DNA of 64,000 nucleotides from Planctomycetales bacterium (GCA_030612725.1 JAUWNJ010000001.1:134648-198647); one strand, 5' to 3'. Counted from the stretch's first letter, positions 47,601-57,987 are shown. The notes: generated by a model not told the origin, from the letters alone. Made by a program: numbers and translations.

Positions 47601-48245
47601 TTACCTGATGAGGTCTGTGATGATACGAACCATTTCGGGCATCCTGTCCGCCAGTAATCCGAGCGGTGCGACCAGCATTGTCGTGGCGATCAGCAGGAAC
47701 GTAACGGCCATGGGCGTAGCGACGGTTGGTATCTCAGCCAGTTGTGAGGAGATAAGTTTTTCAAATCTTCCGCCGAAATCGGCTACATCGTCGCCTTCGG
47801 TCGAAATTGAGACATTTCTCAGAAGCGGCATGGTCGAAAATTTCAGCACGAAGTTTTTTTTCTGCAGCGTGAGACTTTTGTTTCGTCGCTCGAAGGGTTC
47901 GCCCATTTCCTTCAGTGCTCGCTCTGCGGCGCGAAGGGCTGCCGGGAGGGTAATGTTATAGACGACCCAGTTGCCCGCCCGTCGCGGCGCCAGCACTATC
48001 GCAACGGAGATCATTACGCCGATTACCGCCGGTAGCGCCCAGACGGAGGTTCCGAAGTAATTCATCACGGGCACGCAGAAGACAGGGGCGAAGGCTGCGT
48101 TGAGCAGGATAAAGTCGCTGCGTGCGGCGAGTATCTGGGGATTGGGCCGACTGTTGAGCAGTCCCAGGAGCAGGAAATAAACCGCCACAGGCGCCACAAC
48201 CGCTGCGACCTGAACGGCAAGACTAAATTGTTCGCTACCAACCAT
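47601..48245 (-). CDS. Hypothetical membrane protein
   Basis: PVAVYFLLLGLLNSR, WVVYNI, about four TM helices. Start taken at ATG 48245. Confidence 0.7.
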   Translation of the reverse strand: MVGSEQFSLAVQVAAVVAPVAVYFLLLGLLNSRPNPQILAARSDFILLNAAFAPVFCVPVMNYFGTSVWALPAVIGVMISVAIVLAPRRAGNWVVYNITLPAALRAAERALKEMGEPFERRNKSLTLQKKNFVLKFSTMPLLRNVSISTEGDDVADFGGRFEKLISSQLAEIPTVATPMAVTFLLIATTMLVAPLGLLADRMPEMVRIITDLIR

Positions 48246-48270
48246 AGCAGAGTACCCTGACCTTGATATT

Positions 48271-48615
48271 CTACTCGATATCCTGCGGTTTTGCAACCTT
48301 TCTGTATCCGATTGCGTGAATTACGTCAAGAACTTCAGTCCACGTGGGGAACTGGCGGTTATTGACGCTTTTGTACCGTTTTATTGCCATGAGGAATTCG
48401 AACTGTTCGTCGGTCATTTCGCCTTCTTCGGCGGCCTTTCGGGATTCGCTTCGTCGGTGTCCCGGACCGCGCCGACGGTCCAGCCCCACGCGCTGCTCAA
48501 TGACATTAATCCGCCGTTCCGAGTCTTTGCGTCGATTTTCACCTTTACGCTTCTCGTCCGTCAAACCGGCGTTGTCCTGATCCGTCTTCTTCGCAGATGT
48601 TTTATCTTCAGTCAC
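48271..48615 (-). CDS. Small hypothetical protein with DRR/ERR motifs
   Basis: EGEMTDEQFEFLMAIKRYK..N.R.FPTWTEVL.VI...GYRK. SD GGAG before GTG. Confidence 0.75.
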   Translation of the reverse strand: MTEDKTSAKKTDQDNAGLTDEKRKGENRRKDSERRINVIEQRVGLDRRRGPGHRRSESRKAAEEGEMTDEQFEFLMAIKRYKSVNNRQFPTWTEVLDVIHAIGYRKVAKPQDIE

Positions 48616-48694
48616 GTGCCGTTCTCCTGGGAGATAAATCTTTCCCTGACTCTTCTATCGGCACGATGCTTCTGTAAGTGCAGGGTTCTACAAA

Positions 48695-49060
48695 CTAGAA
48701 ATATTCATTTTCTTCGTCGTCGTGGCGTTCTGTCTTGAAGCCGTCGGCGGGTCCGAATTCGTCTTCTGACTCATTGTTGTCGTCTTCTTCGCAGAAGCTT
48801 CCTATTTCATCCAGTTGCGATATGCACTCTTTGGCATCGGTCAACATTGATTCGGGGACGAGAATCGGTACGCCCTTATGTTGTCGTTTGCTCCGAGCGG
48901 GTGGAGGTTCGTAGTCCTCGTCCATTATCGCCGGTATGTCGTGGTCCTCCAGAAGTTGGCAGTACCAGTCTGCCTGTTCAAAGGAATGGGCGTACACCAC
49001 AGGCACGTATCCGCTAAAGTTTTCCGATTCCAAATCACCAGGTTTGTTCTTCGACATCAC
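48695..49060 (-). CDS. DUF2007-like (putative signal-transducing) acidic protein
   Basis: A......LLEDHDIPA...GVPILVPE.....A pattern. Confidence 0.6.
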   Translation of the reverse strand: MMSKNKPGDLESENFSGYVPVVYAHSFEQADWYCQLLEDHDIPAIMDEDYEPPPARSKRQHKGVPILVPESMLTDAKECISQLDEIGSFCEEDDNNESEDEFGPADGFKTERHDDEENEYF

Positions 49061-49535
49061 ATCACCATACTAATGTTGGCCACTGAAACTATTTACCTCG
49101 TTACAGACTTCGAACGCAAACATAATTTTTCGACTATCTCCAAAGCATTTCAAGAGTAAAAACGCCTTCGGCGAGAAAATTTTCTAACCCCGTCCGGGGC
49201 GCGACGGTAAGATGTCAAGCCGACGAACGCGGTATCCGATATATAGCGAAGGCAGGGTACAACCGCTGGGGAATGCCTGAAATGCTCTGAACCCATCTGC
49301 CGGCGGACAAGCGGATAAAACAGGCCCGTGAAATAATTGAAAAAGGTTACAATGATTACTCGCCGGACACTCACGACCTGCATACGAGTTGATTTGTGAA
49401 GATGCGCCGTTTGCTGTGATTCGTCGTTAAAAAACCTTGAAAAATAAAGAACAACATCAAAAACCTTGGTTTTCCGGGCGAGTTCTGGTACATTGCCGCA
49501 ATGTTGATTCCGGTGGTATTATCGGGAAATAGATT

Positions 49536-50270
49536 ATGAAAATTGCGATGGTTGCATTGGTTTTGGTGGTGTCGGCCCTTGCAGGATGCTCGCCGACCAA
49601 CGATGAGTATGTTACCGACGCCAGGCTTGATCAAGGGCTTGTGATTATCCTTCCGGGCATCGAGGGCGAAGGGGCCAACAGCTACAACATTCGCCGGGGA
49701 CTTCTTTCGGCGGGGGTCGGGTCGGCCATTCCGATTTACCGATGGGGGCGCCCCATCCCATTGGCGGGGGTGCTACTGAACCAGACCGATTTTCTCGGCA
49801 ACCATCTTGCCGGGGGAAGGATCGCCAGGTTCATCGAAAATTATCAGGATACCCATCCCGGAAAACCGGTCTGGATAATCGGGCATAGCGGCGGCGGTGG
49901 CGTCGCGGTCTTCGCCGCTGAAGAACTGGAGGAAAACCGGAAAATCGACGGGCTGGTGCTTCTCTCGGCCAGTATCTCCGGAAACTACGACCTTACCAAG
50001 GCCCTGTCGCATTGCCGGAGCGGGATTGTGAATTTCTATTCCGGGCGTGACGAGATACTCGGCGCGACCCTTTTCGTCGGAAACGTCGATGGTGGGCGTG
50101 CGCGTTCAGCAGGACTTGGCGGATTCGATAAGAACCCGTCGGGACTCCGGGAAGTCCCCTGGCACAGTGGAATGTCGTCCAGCGGGAACCACGGCGGACA
50201 CATGGACTCCACCAGCCCAAGGTTCATTACAAGGTACGTCGCGCCGCGAATGAGGGGGTCGGGGTGGTAG
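49536..50270 (+). CDS. Alpha/beta-hydrolase lipoprotein
   Basis: Lipobox LAGC, ILPGIEG, nucleophile IGHSGGG, GNHGGH. Confidence 0.75.
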   Translation: MKIAMVALVLVVSALAGCSPTNDEYVTDARLDQGLVIILPGIEGEGANSYNIRRGLLSAGVGSAIPIYRWGRPIPLAGVLLNQTDFLGNHLAGGRIARFIENYQDTHPGKPVWIIGHSGGGGVAVFAAEELEENRKIDGLVLLSASISGNYDLTKALSHCRSGIVNFYSGRDEILGATLFVGNVDGGRARSAGLGGFDKNPSGLREVPWHSGMSSSGNHGGHMDSTSPRFITRYVAPRMRGSGW

Positions 50271-50306
50271 TACTTCGTTGGATTTGAATCTGTCAGCATG
50301 ATGATG

Positions 50307-50376
50307 CGACACAGACCTGCCCGCCCACTGAAAACAACAAGGAATGCACGGCGGGCAGGCGGGCAGGTCTGTGTCG
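50307..50376. repeat. 19-bp perfect inverted repeat
   Basis: CGACACAGACCTGCCCGCC / GGCGGGCAGGTCTGTGTCG. Confidence 0.75.
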
Positions 50377-50457
50377 AATTAATAATGCCTGGAGAGTCAT
50401 TGATTTAATAATGGACAGAATATCTGCAGGCGGTGCCACAGAAAAAGAAAGGCAAAC

Positions 50458-51399
50458 ATGGCAAAATATCTGGTTACAGGCGGAGCGGGATTTATCGGTT
50501 CCAATCTCGTCAGGTACATATTGGCGAAGGGGCATGACGTTGTTGTTGTCGATAATTTCGCCACCGGAAAACGTCAGAATATCGTCGATTTCGTCGATAA
50601 GATTGAATTTATCGAAGGCGACATTCGCGATCGCGATACGATGGACAAAGCCGTCGCCGGCGCGTCCGCGATTTTTCACGAGGCGGCATTGGGGTCGGTC
50701 CCGCGAAGCGTTAAGGAACCGCTCATAAGTCACGACGTCAACGTCAACGGTACGCTGACGGTGCTTGAATCGGCCAGGGCCGGCGGGGTGAAGCGGGTCA
50801 TTTTTGCGGCGAGTTCAGCGGCTTACGGTAACAGGGAGGAATCCCCCAAGCATGAGGCTATGACGCCGCTACCGATCAGTCCATACGCTGCAAACAAGGT
50901 GGCTTGTGAGTCTTACATGCGGGCCTATGCCGCCTGTTACGGTATGGAAACGCTGTGTCTGCGCTATTTCAATGTTTTCGGGCGTTACCAGGACCCCGAG
51001 GGCGCGTACGCAGCGGTGATTCCCGCCTTCGTATCAAGCATACTCAAAGGTCAAAAACCCGTGGTCTTCGGCGACGGCGAACAAAGCCGGGACTTCTGCT
51101 ATATCGACAACGTCTGCGAGGCGAACTGGTTGGCGGCCAACGCACCGGCCCAGGTCTGCAATGGAGCCGCGATCAATATCGCCTGCCATGCGCACACGAC
51201 CCTTAATGAAATTCTCGCCATGTTGAAAGAACTGATGGATTCCGACATCGAGACCGAATATACCGATACGCGTCCCGGCGACGTGAAGCACAGTCTTGCC
51301 GACGTGTCGCTGGCAAAAAAGACGATAGGATACGAACCGAAGGTCTTCTTCGCCGACGGAATTCGCAAGGCGATTAACTGGTACACTGAGAACCTGTAA
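50458..51399 (+). CDS. NAD-dependent nucleotide-sugar epimerase (WbpP/GalE-like extended SDR)
   Basis: TGGAGFIGS, AALGSVPRS, YAANK, LRYFNVFG..QDP, GDGEQSRDF. Confidence 0.92.
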   Translation: MAKYLVTGGAGFIGSNLVRYILAKGHDVVVVDNFATGKRQNIVDFVDKIEFIEGDIRDRDTMDKAVAGASAIFHEAALGSVPRSVKEPLISHDVNVNGTLTVLESARAGGVKRVIFAASSAAYGNREESPKHEAMTPLPISPYAANKVACESYMRAYAACYGMETLCLRYFNVFGRYQDPEGAYAAVIPAFVSSILKGQKPVVFGDGEQSRDFCYIDNVCEANWLAANAPAQVCNGAAINIACHAHTTLNEILAMLKELMDSDIETEYTDTRPGDVKHSLADVSLAKKTIGYEPKVFFADGIRKAINWYTENL

Positions 51400-51456
51400 C
51401 CCTCGAATTTTTATCGGCGTGCTTAGCCCAATGGGGCGGGCTTTTGTGAGGTATGC

Positions 51457-52476
51457 GTGGCGGAACACAAACTGAACATCCTGTTCACCTGTGCCGGTCG
51501 GCGGGTCGTCCTGTTGGAGGCTTTCCGTCGGGCAATGAAGGAACTGGACGTAGCCGGGAAAATTCTGGCGACGGATATAACCAACGCATCGGCTGCATTT
51601 CATAAAGCCGATAAGGGTATAGTGGTTCCCCCGACCGGGACGGTCGAATATATTCCCGCCCTGTTGAAAATCTGCACTTCCGAAAATATCGGTCTGGTTA
51701 TTCCGCTGACGGACCTTGACCTTCGCAGCCTGACGCGCCGGCGTGAAGAGTTTTCCTCTATCGGCAGCGAAATAATGATAGGTTCGCCGGAGACCATTGG
51801 GATGTGTCGGGACAAGACCCTCACAAGTAAGTTTCTCCGACGGATTGGTCTTCAGACCATTCGCACCTTCTCTCTGGAGCAGTTCAGGGAAAAGCCGTTT
51901 TTTCCGTGTTTCATCAAGCCGATTCGCGGTTCGGCGAGTATCGGGACCGGCAAGCTTCATTCCGAAGCCGAGATGAACGCCCACCTGGCGACCTATGGAA
52001 ACCTGATGCTCTTTCAGGATTACGTTCCCGGTGCGGAGTACACACTCGATATTTACCGAAGTCGTAGCGGAAAGGTTCTCAGCGTGGTTCCTCGCCAGCG
52101 GTTGGCTATCCGCGCCGGTGAGGTAGAGAAGGGCCTGACCGTTAACGACAGCGAATTAATCGACGCCGCCGTCTGTCTCGGTGAAAATCTGGACGGTCTC
52201 TGGGGCGTCGTCAACGCCCAGTGCCGAAGACCCTCCGGCGACAAAGCGCACTTTTTCGAGATTAATCCGCGTTTCGGCGGCGGCGCGCCGTTGTCAATTA
52301 ACGCCGGAGCGGACTTACCGAGATACGTCCTGGAAGAAACGCTGGGTATGCCCATATCGGCCGGGATGGGAAAATTCCAACCGGACATGCTAATGCTGCG
52401 ATACGATGACGCGGTATTCGTCCATGCCGATAATCCTTCAGAACTACCGGGTTTCGATACGCCACAAAAAAGATAA
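51457..52476 (+). CDS. ATP-grasp domain protein (polysaccharide-locus type)
   Basis: ILFTCAGRRV, CRDK, FIKP..GSAS, EYTLD, FEINPRFGGG. Confidence 0.88.
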   Translation: MAEHKLNILFTCAGRRVVLLEAFRRAMKELDVAGKILATDITNASAAFHKADKGIVVPPTGTVEYIPALLKICTSENIGLVIPLTDLDLRSLTRRREEFSSIGSEIMIGSPETIGMCRDKTLTSKFLRRIGLQTIRTFSLEQFREKPFFPCFIKPIRGSASIGTGKLHSEAEMNAHLATYGNLMLFQDYVPGAEYTLDIYRSRSGKVLSVVPRQRLAIRAGEVEKGLTVNDSELIDAAVCLGENLDGLWGVVNAQCRRPSGDKAHFFEINPRFGGGAPLSINAGADLPRYVLEETLGMPISAGMGKFQPDMLMLRYDDAVFVHADNPSELPGFDTPQKR

Positions 52477-53187
52477 ATGACTGTCATGCCCGTACGACCC
52501 AGTCGCATCCAAGCCGTCGTCTTCGACCTGGACGACACGCTCTTTCTCGAGCGCAATTACGTTCGCAGCGGATTCGCCGCTGTGGGCGAATACCTCCGTA
52601 ACCAGACCGGTCGGCGCGTAACGTTCGAGCAGTGGATGTGGCGACGATTCGTATCAGGCCGGCGCGAAGGAATGTTTGACTCGCTCAGCAAGCACTTCAA
52701 CCTGTCTCTGACGAGCAAGGATATTCACCGACTTATCGAGGTTTATCGCTCTCACAGGCCTGACATTCGTCCGTGCCGGGGCGTCGAGGCGGTGCTGGCG
52801 TCTCTTCGCCGACGCAGGATGAAACTGGGGCTGATTTCCGACGGCTTCCTGCCCGCCCAGCCACTGAAACTACAGGCAATCGGGCTGGGGAAATACTTCC
52901 ATAAAGTCATCTTCACTGAGCAGATGGGTCGGGATGCGTGGAAGCCTTCGCTTCGGGCGTTTGAGTCGATCCGTCGGGCATTGCGCGTCCCGCACGCCGG
53001 ATGTGTTTATGTAGCCGATAACCCAGCGAAGGATTTTATCGCCCCTAACGGCTTGGGTTGGATGACGGTTCAGTGGCGCAGGGGCCGGCAGGTTCACGCG
53101 GGCAATCCCGCACCGCGGGGAGGGTGCCCTCAAAGAATCGTCCGTTCAGGCCCGGAACTGCTGAGGTTGGTAGCACGTTTTATGTGA
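52477..53187 (+). CDS. HAD-superfamily hydrolase
   Basis: FDLDDTL, LISDG, KP, YVADNPAKDF. Confidence 0.9.
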   Translation: MTVMPVRPSRIQAVVFDLDDTLFLERNYVRSGFAAVGEYLRNQTGRRVTFEQWMWRRFVSGRREGMFDSLSKHFNLSLTSKDIHRLIEVYRSHRPDIRPCRGVEAVLASLRRRRMKLGLISDGFLPAQPLKLQAIGLGKYFHKVIFTEQMGRDAWKPSLRAFESIRRALRVPHAGCVYVADNPAKDFIAPNGLGWMTVQWRRGRQVHAGNPAPRGGCPQRIVRSGPELLRLVARFM

Positions 53188-54205
53188 ACAAGCGTATTTT
53201 GCTCGGTTCGGTCGATGCGACGCTTTGGGTTGGCTGGGGTTGGGGTTGAATTTCTTCTTCGTCCGATTCAAAGCCGACGGCTTGGCGCACGACATAGACG
53301 GGTCTGCCCCTGGTTTCGTCGTAGATTCTTCCGACGTATTCGCCGCAGATACCGATTGCCGCCAGTTGCATACCCGTCAATCCGACGGCCAGCATCACCA
53401 AGTTGGCGAGAATCGCTCCACCGAGAAAAGGCCAGAGTATCAGTGCGAAGACGCCATAGAGTATCGCCACCGCCGTCATTGCCGCACCTGTCAGTCCGAT
53501 CAATCGAAGCGGCATCACGGAGAAATCGAACAGGCCGGCGGATCCTATCGGCGCCGGTTTGCCCGACGTGTCTCCGGGAGCGGAATCGTATTGAACCTCT
53601 GCCTGGCGGAAGCCCACCCAGCGAACCATGCCGCGAAGAAAACGCGACCTCTCGCGCACCTGGCGGAGAACATCGACGACCTTTCGGTCCAGCAGGCGGA
53701 AATCCGACCGGTTGGTTACGTCCATACCCGTTAACCGTCGGGCCAGGCCGTGGACGCACCTTCTTGCCAACCGGCGAGGCAAAGATGAAGATGCCTCTTC
53801 GGTGTGCGTTTTGACCGTGCAGACCACCTCGTATCCCTGACGCCATCTGGCGACGAGTTCGGCGATAATCTCCGGGTGGTGTCGTCCGGCGGCGTCGATG
53901 CTGATAACGGCCAGACCTGTCGCGTAGTCGTAACCGGCGGTTATCGCTTCGGCGTCTCCAAAGGTGCGAGAGAACGAAACATATCTGACGCGCTCGTCGT
54001 CTTCGCCGAAGCCGCAAATAATCTCCAGCGATTCGTCAGTTGAACCGTCGTCGATGAAAATAATCTCGTACGACTGATCCAGTTTGTCCGCAGCCTGGCG
54101 CAAATTCGAATAGAACTCCGGCAGACTTTGGGCTTCGTTGAAAACCGGAACGACGAAACTGAATGTAGTTTCCGCGATGTCGTGATGCTCATCCATAGCA
54201 ATCAA
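53180..54205 (-). CDS. GT2 polyprenol-phosphate glycosyltransferase (GtrB/ArnC-like)
   Basis: VVPVFNE, IDDGSTD, SDFRLLDR, RFLRG.V.WVGF, two C-terminal TM helices, GEYVGRIY.E..GRP.Y. Confidence 0.85.
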   Translation of the reverse strand: MIAMDEHHDIAETTFSFVVPVFNEAQSLPEFYSNLRQAADKLDQSYEIIFIDDGSTDESLEIICGFGEDDERVRYVSFSRTFGDAEAITAGYDYATGLAVISIDAAGRHHPEIIAELVARWRQGYEVVCTVKTHTEEASSSLPRRLARRCVHGLARRLTGMDVTNRSDFRLLDRKVVDVLRQVRERSRFLRGMVRWVGFRQAEVQYDSAPGDTSGKPAPIGSAGLFDFSVMPLRLIGLTGAAMTAVAILYGVFALILWPFLGGAILANLVMLAVGLTGMQLAAIGICGEYVGRIYDETRGRPVYVVRQAVGFESDEEEIQPQPQPTQSVASTEPSKIRLFT

Positions 54206-54259
54206 CCTTGAATTTCACCATAGACTAACTACTCCTGCGGATTTGTAAAGACCACAAGT

Positions 54260-55259
54260 TTACAGATTGTCCGCTTTGGTGTTGCAGAGCCAATCGGAAG
54301 CTGTTTCCAGTAGTACGTGATGCAGCGCGAGGATCGTCTGGTAATCGAAAGCCACGTCCACGTCGTTAAAGCCCTGTGGCGATTCGTGAGTCATCGGCAT
54401 TGCAGCGCCGGCGTGATAGAACATAGCCGTCTGGCCCAGCGCCGGCGGGCACTCGCCGCGAGGTCCGTCTTCGGTAACCTCCGGCATCCAACTGTTATAT
54501 GGGATGTCCTGCGAGTCGAGGTCCTTGGCGTATTGCTGGGCGAAGGCGAGGATGTCTTCCTTTACCGCCACCGGCGCATAGTCAGTCTGGAGGATAGCGG
54601 GCGGGGCGTGGAAGCCGTGGAGGTTCAGCAGCATATCGGGGCCTTCGGCACTGACAACTTTCATTATGGCGGTCGTGGTGCGGCTCATCGGGTCGATCCA
54701 GTTGTCTTGCGCTAGGTTCACGCCTTCGTCGTCGAAGTAGCATCCCAGAAAGCCCACGTCGCCCCGCATCGGATGGACCTCTTTGCATCCGGGCCAGCCG
54801 TAGAGCGAGCCGTCCTTGCGTGTGCCCTGACCGACGCGGTGCATCTCTTCTTCCGGCAGGCCTACCCATCCGTCGTAGGGGTAGCGGGCGCGCCCGTCGG
54901 GATTGGCGATGGGGATAATAATCAGCCGCAGCCGCTGGAGTTTTTCCCGCAGTTCAGGCTGGGGCTTGCCGGCGATGTCTTTTCCGGTTTCCAAGACGTT
55001 GATAATCGACAGAGCGCCGATTGTCCCTTCCGGTTCTGCTCCGTGTGCTCCTGCCTGGATCATCAGCACGGGTCTTTTTCGCACGCCAGGCCCGCGGCGG
55101 TAGTAGGCATCGGGCTTACGCGCACCCAGGGCGGAGTTCCAGTTCGCCGTTCCGCGAAGTTCCGGCTCGGCGTCGCCGTAAGTTACCGACCGGACTGTCC
55201 TGCCACCGGGGGATTGGGACCGAACTGGTCAGAATTTCACCTGATTGATTTTCGCTCAT
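54260..55259 (-). pseudogene. M14 zinc carboxypeptidase family, apparent 5' frameshift
   Basis: HGAE, NPDGR and LNLHG motifs. The coding frame stays open upstream of GTG 55084 to a TGA at 55229-31, while the likely ATG (55259) is one base out of frame. Confidence 0.6.
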
Positions 55260-55275
55260 TGCAGTAGTTTCTTTC

Positions 55276-56004
55276 TTATTTCTGACAACATGCTTTCACC
55301 GCTGCAAGCAGGGCTATTGAGGCGGTTTCGATTCGGAGAATCAAACTTCCCAGCCGGACGCCGGCAAATCCGCTCTTTCCTGCCGCGGCGGTCTCATCGT
55401 CGGTTAGCCCGCCTTCCGGGCCGATAAGGATAACGATACTTTTTCCCACCGACCATCCATTCAGAACGGACGGAATTGTCGTGTCGCCTTCGGCGTGGCC
55501 TAGAATCTTTATATCAGCATCGGTGGAGGCAAGGAAGTTTTTCAGCGTTTTCGTTTCGGCGATTTCCGGCAGGAAATTGCTTCGGCACTGCTTGGCTGCG
55601 GCGATACATGTCCTGCGCCATCTCTCGGACGGGGCGGTTGTTGCGACGCTGCGATGAAAGATAATCGGCGTCAGGCGAGCGGCCCCCAGTTCGGTCGCCT
55701 TTTCCAGCAGCCAATCCAGCCGCTTGCCTTTGGGGATTGCGAACGCCAGATCCACCAGCGGTTCGGGGCGATTTTTGGCCTCCTGCTGACGGAGAATATG
55801 AACATCCGCCTGCTTTCGTCCGTGCAGGCGAAGCGTACCGTCGGCGCTGCCTCCGGCTCCGTCGAAGAGATTGACCTCCGCACCGTCTTTGAGTCGCAGG
55901 ACGTCGATGGCGTGGTGCGCCTCATCGGCGGACAACTCAACCGTCTCGCCGACCAGCGACTCGACGAAGAAGCGGCGCAAGTGATTCCTGCTGGTCTTAT
56001 CCAT
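55276..56004 (-). CDS. rsmE: 16S rRNA m3U1498 methyltransferase RsmE
   Basis: HHAIDVLRL, KATELG, AAKQC.., IGPEGG, LG..ILR.ETA. Start at ATG 56004. Confidence 0.92.
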   Translation of the reverse strand: MDKTSRNHLRRFFVESLVGETVELSADEAHHAIDVLRLKDGAEVNLFDGAGGSADGTLRLHGRKQADVHILRQQEAKNRPEPLVDLAFAIPKGKRLDWLLEKATELGAARLTPIIFHRSVATTAPSERWRRTCIAAAKQCRSNFLPEIAETKTLKNFLASTDADIKILGHAEGDTTIPSVLNGWSVGKSIVILIGPEGGLTDDETAAAGKSGFAGVRLGSLILRIETASIALLAAVKACCQK

Positions 56005-56022
56005 ATCTAAAACAAAAAGGCA

Positions 56023-56094
56023 AACCACAAAGAACACAAAGAAAAAAACTTTCTACTTCTTCTGTTCTTTGTGGTCTTTGTGCCCTTTGTGGTT
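56023..56094. repeat. Inverted pair of 9-bp arrays (CACAAAGnn)
   Basis: AACCACAAAGAACACAAAG ... CTTTGTGGTCTTTGTGCCCTTTGTGGTT. The right arm encodes the permease C-terminus NHKGHKDHKE. Confidence 0.75.
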
Positions 56095-57987
56095 CATTCT
56101 GTCAGTTTCCGTCGGCACGTCGCGTTTTCGGCCCGACAGCAGCAATATGTCTCGCAGATGTTCGATGTTGGACGCATCAGTCCATCGCTGGCGGAATTTA
56201 GGCTCCTGAACGATGTGAGCGATGGCCATCAGGGCGCGAAGGTGATAGTTTCTCTCGTCGCGCGACCCGACCAGGACGAACGCCGCCCGGACCGGCTCGT
56301 CCTGGCCGGCGAAATGCACGCCCTCTTTGCATCGAATCAGGAGGATTTCGAATGTCTTTTCGCCGTCAACGATAATATGCGGGATAGCCAGGCCCGGTTC
56401 GATGACCGTGCTGGAGGCGGTCTCTCGCTGTCGGAACAGTTCGAGAAGGTGCTGCTTGTCGATATCCATTCGCCCGGCCAGGGCTTCGGCAGCGAGGGTG
56501 AACATTTCTTCGGCGGATACTTTTTCGCCGATGTCCAGGATGTCGCACTTGCGGACAAGATGGTCGAACCTGTCGCGGACGACGTCGTCGCGCTCGAGTG
56601 CGATTTCTTTGAGTTCCTCCTCGAGCGTGCTGCGATAGATTTCCTTCGAGACCGCGCTTCGGACCATATAGACCAGCGCGCTTTCCCGGCTGATGCTGCG
56701 TCGGACATAGACGAAATACCAGATAACCCCTGCCAGGGCGAATGCGCCGGTCGTAATCAGCGGGACCGCTCCCATCTCCACGACGAGGAACCCGCACATC
56801 ACAATTCCGCTAATCTGCATCCACGGATACAGCGGCGAGCGGAACAGCGGGCGGTAGTTCTGGATTTTGCTGCCGCGCATGATAAGCACGGCTACGTTGA
56901 CCAGCAGAAAGAGCATGATCATCATCGTACTGGCGACCTTGACGAGGTTTTCGATACTCAGCAGTGTGATGACGACGATCATGAAACCGCTGGTGATGAA
57001 GATGCTCACGTGCGGCGTACCGAAGCGGGGCGAAATCTTCTGGAGGAATCCCGGAAGCAGTCCGTCGCGGCTCATTGCCATCGGGCTGCGGGAGGCAGAT
57101 AGTATGCCGCTGTTGGCAGTGGTGATAAACGCCAGCATCGCCGCCGCCGACAGGAGAATCAGCCCGCCTTTGCCCATGAATTTCTCGGCTGCCAGGCTCA
57201 GCGGCGTGAGATTGTTCTCAAGTGTATCTGCTTCCATCACGCCCACCACTATGAACGCAGCGGCGATGTAAAAAAGGGTAACGACCAGAGCGGCCAGGAA
57301 CATCCCAGCCGGAATGTTCCGTCCGGGATGATGGACCTCTTCGGCGATGCTGGCGACCTTGGTCAGGCCTCCGTAGGAGATGAAGACCAGTCCGGCCGTG
57401 GCGAAGACCTCGCCCCATCCCTTGTCCATAAAATTGGCGAAGTTTTCAAGCTCCATGGCGGGTGCTGGCATGCCCTTGACGACGAACACGCCCAGAATCG
57501 CCAGCAACACGGCTACCATAACGATTTGAAGCCGGCCTACGCCCTTGACGGTCAGGATGTTCAGGACGGTGAAGAACACGCAGGCGGCAATGGCGACGCC
57601 CTTAATCGGCCATTCGCCAATCTGTTCGCCGGGCAAAACAAGCCTGGCGAACGCACCAATACCGATGAGGGCGAATGCGGTTTTCAGGGCGATGCTGAAC
57701 CAGTTGGCCAGGCCCGCCAGCGTGCCCGGCAGCGGACCCATGCTGCGCTCGATGAAGAAGTAACTTCCCCCGCTCTTGGGCATTGCGGTTGCCAGTTCGG
57801 CCTTGGAAAGCATCGCTGGGATCACCATCACACCGGCCAGCGCGTAAGCGAGAATCATCGCAGGCCCGGCCTTGGCGAACGCCAGACCCGGAAGGACGAA
57901 CAGACCGGAACTTATCATCGCGCCGGCTGCGATGCAGAAAACGCCCCAGAATCCGAATTTGCGTTCAAGTTGAGCCAGTTTTCTCAC
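56053..57987 (-). CDS. APC-family amino acid permease fused to a PTS EIIA (Ntr/Fru-type) domain
   Basis: GAMISSGLFVLPG, ELATAMPKSGG, about 12 TM helices. C-terminal RE...ST.I..GLAIPH. Confidence 0.9.
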   Translation of the reverse strand: MRKLAQLERKFGFWGVFCIAAGAMISSGLFVLPGLAFAKAGPAMILAYALAGVMVIPAMLSKAELATAMPKSGGSYFFIERSMGPLPGTLAGLANWFSIALKTAFALIGIGAFARLVLPGEQIGEWPIKGVAIAACVFFTVLNILTVKGVGRLQIVMVAVLLAILGVFVVKGMPAPAMELENFANFMDKGWGEVFATAGLVFISYGGLTKVASIAEEVHHPGRNIPAGMFLAALVVTLFYIAAAFIVVGVMEADTLENNLTPLSLAAEKFMGKGGLILLSAAAMLAFITTANSGILSASRSPMAMSRDGLLPGFLQKISPRFGTPHVSIFITSGFMIVVITLLSIENLVKVASTMMIMLFLLVNVAVLIMRGSKIQNYRPLFRSPLYPWMQISGIVMCGFLVVEMGAVPLITTGAFALAGVIWYFVYVRRSISRESALVYMVRSAVSKEIYRSTLEEELKEIALERDDVVRDRFDHLVRKCDILDIGEKVSAEEMFTLAAEALAGRMDIDKQHLLELFRQRETASSTVIEPGLAIPHIIVDGEKTFEILLIRCKEGVHFAGQDEPVRAAFVLVGSRDERNYHLRALMAIAHIVQEPKFRQRWTDASNIEHLRDILLLSGRKRDVPTETDRMNHKGHKDHKEQKK

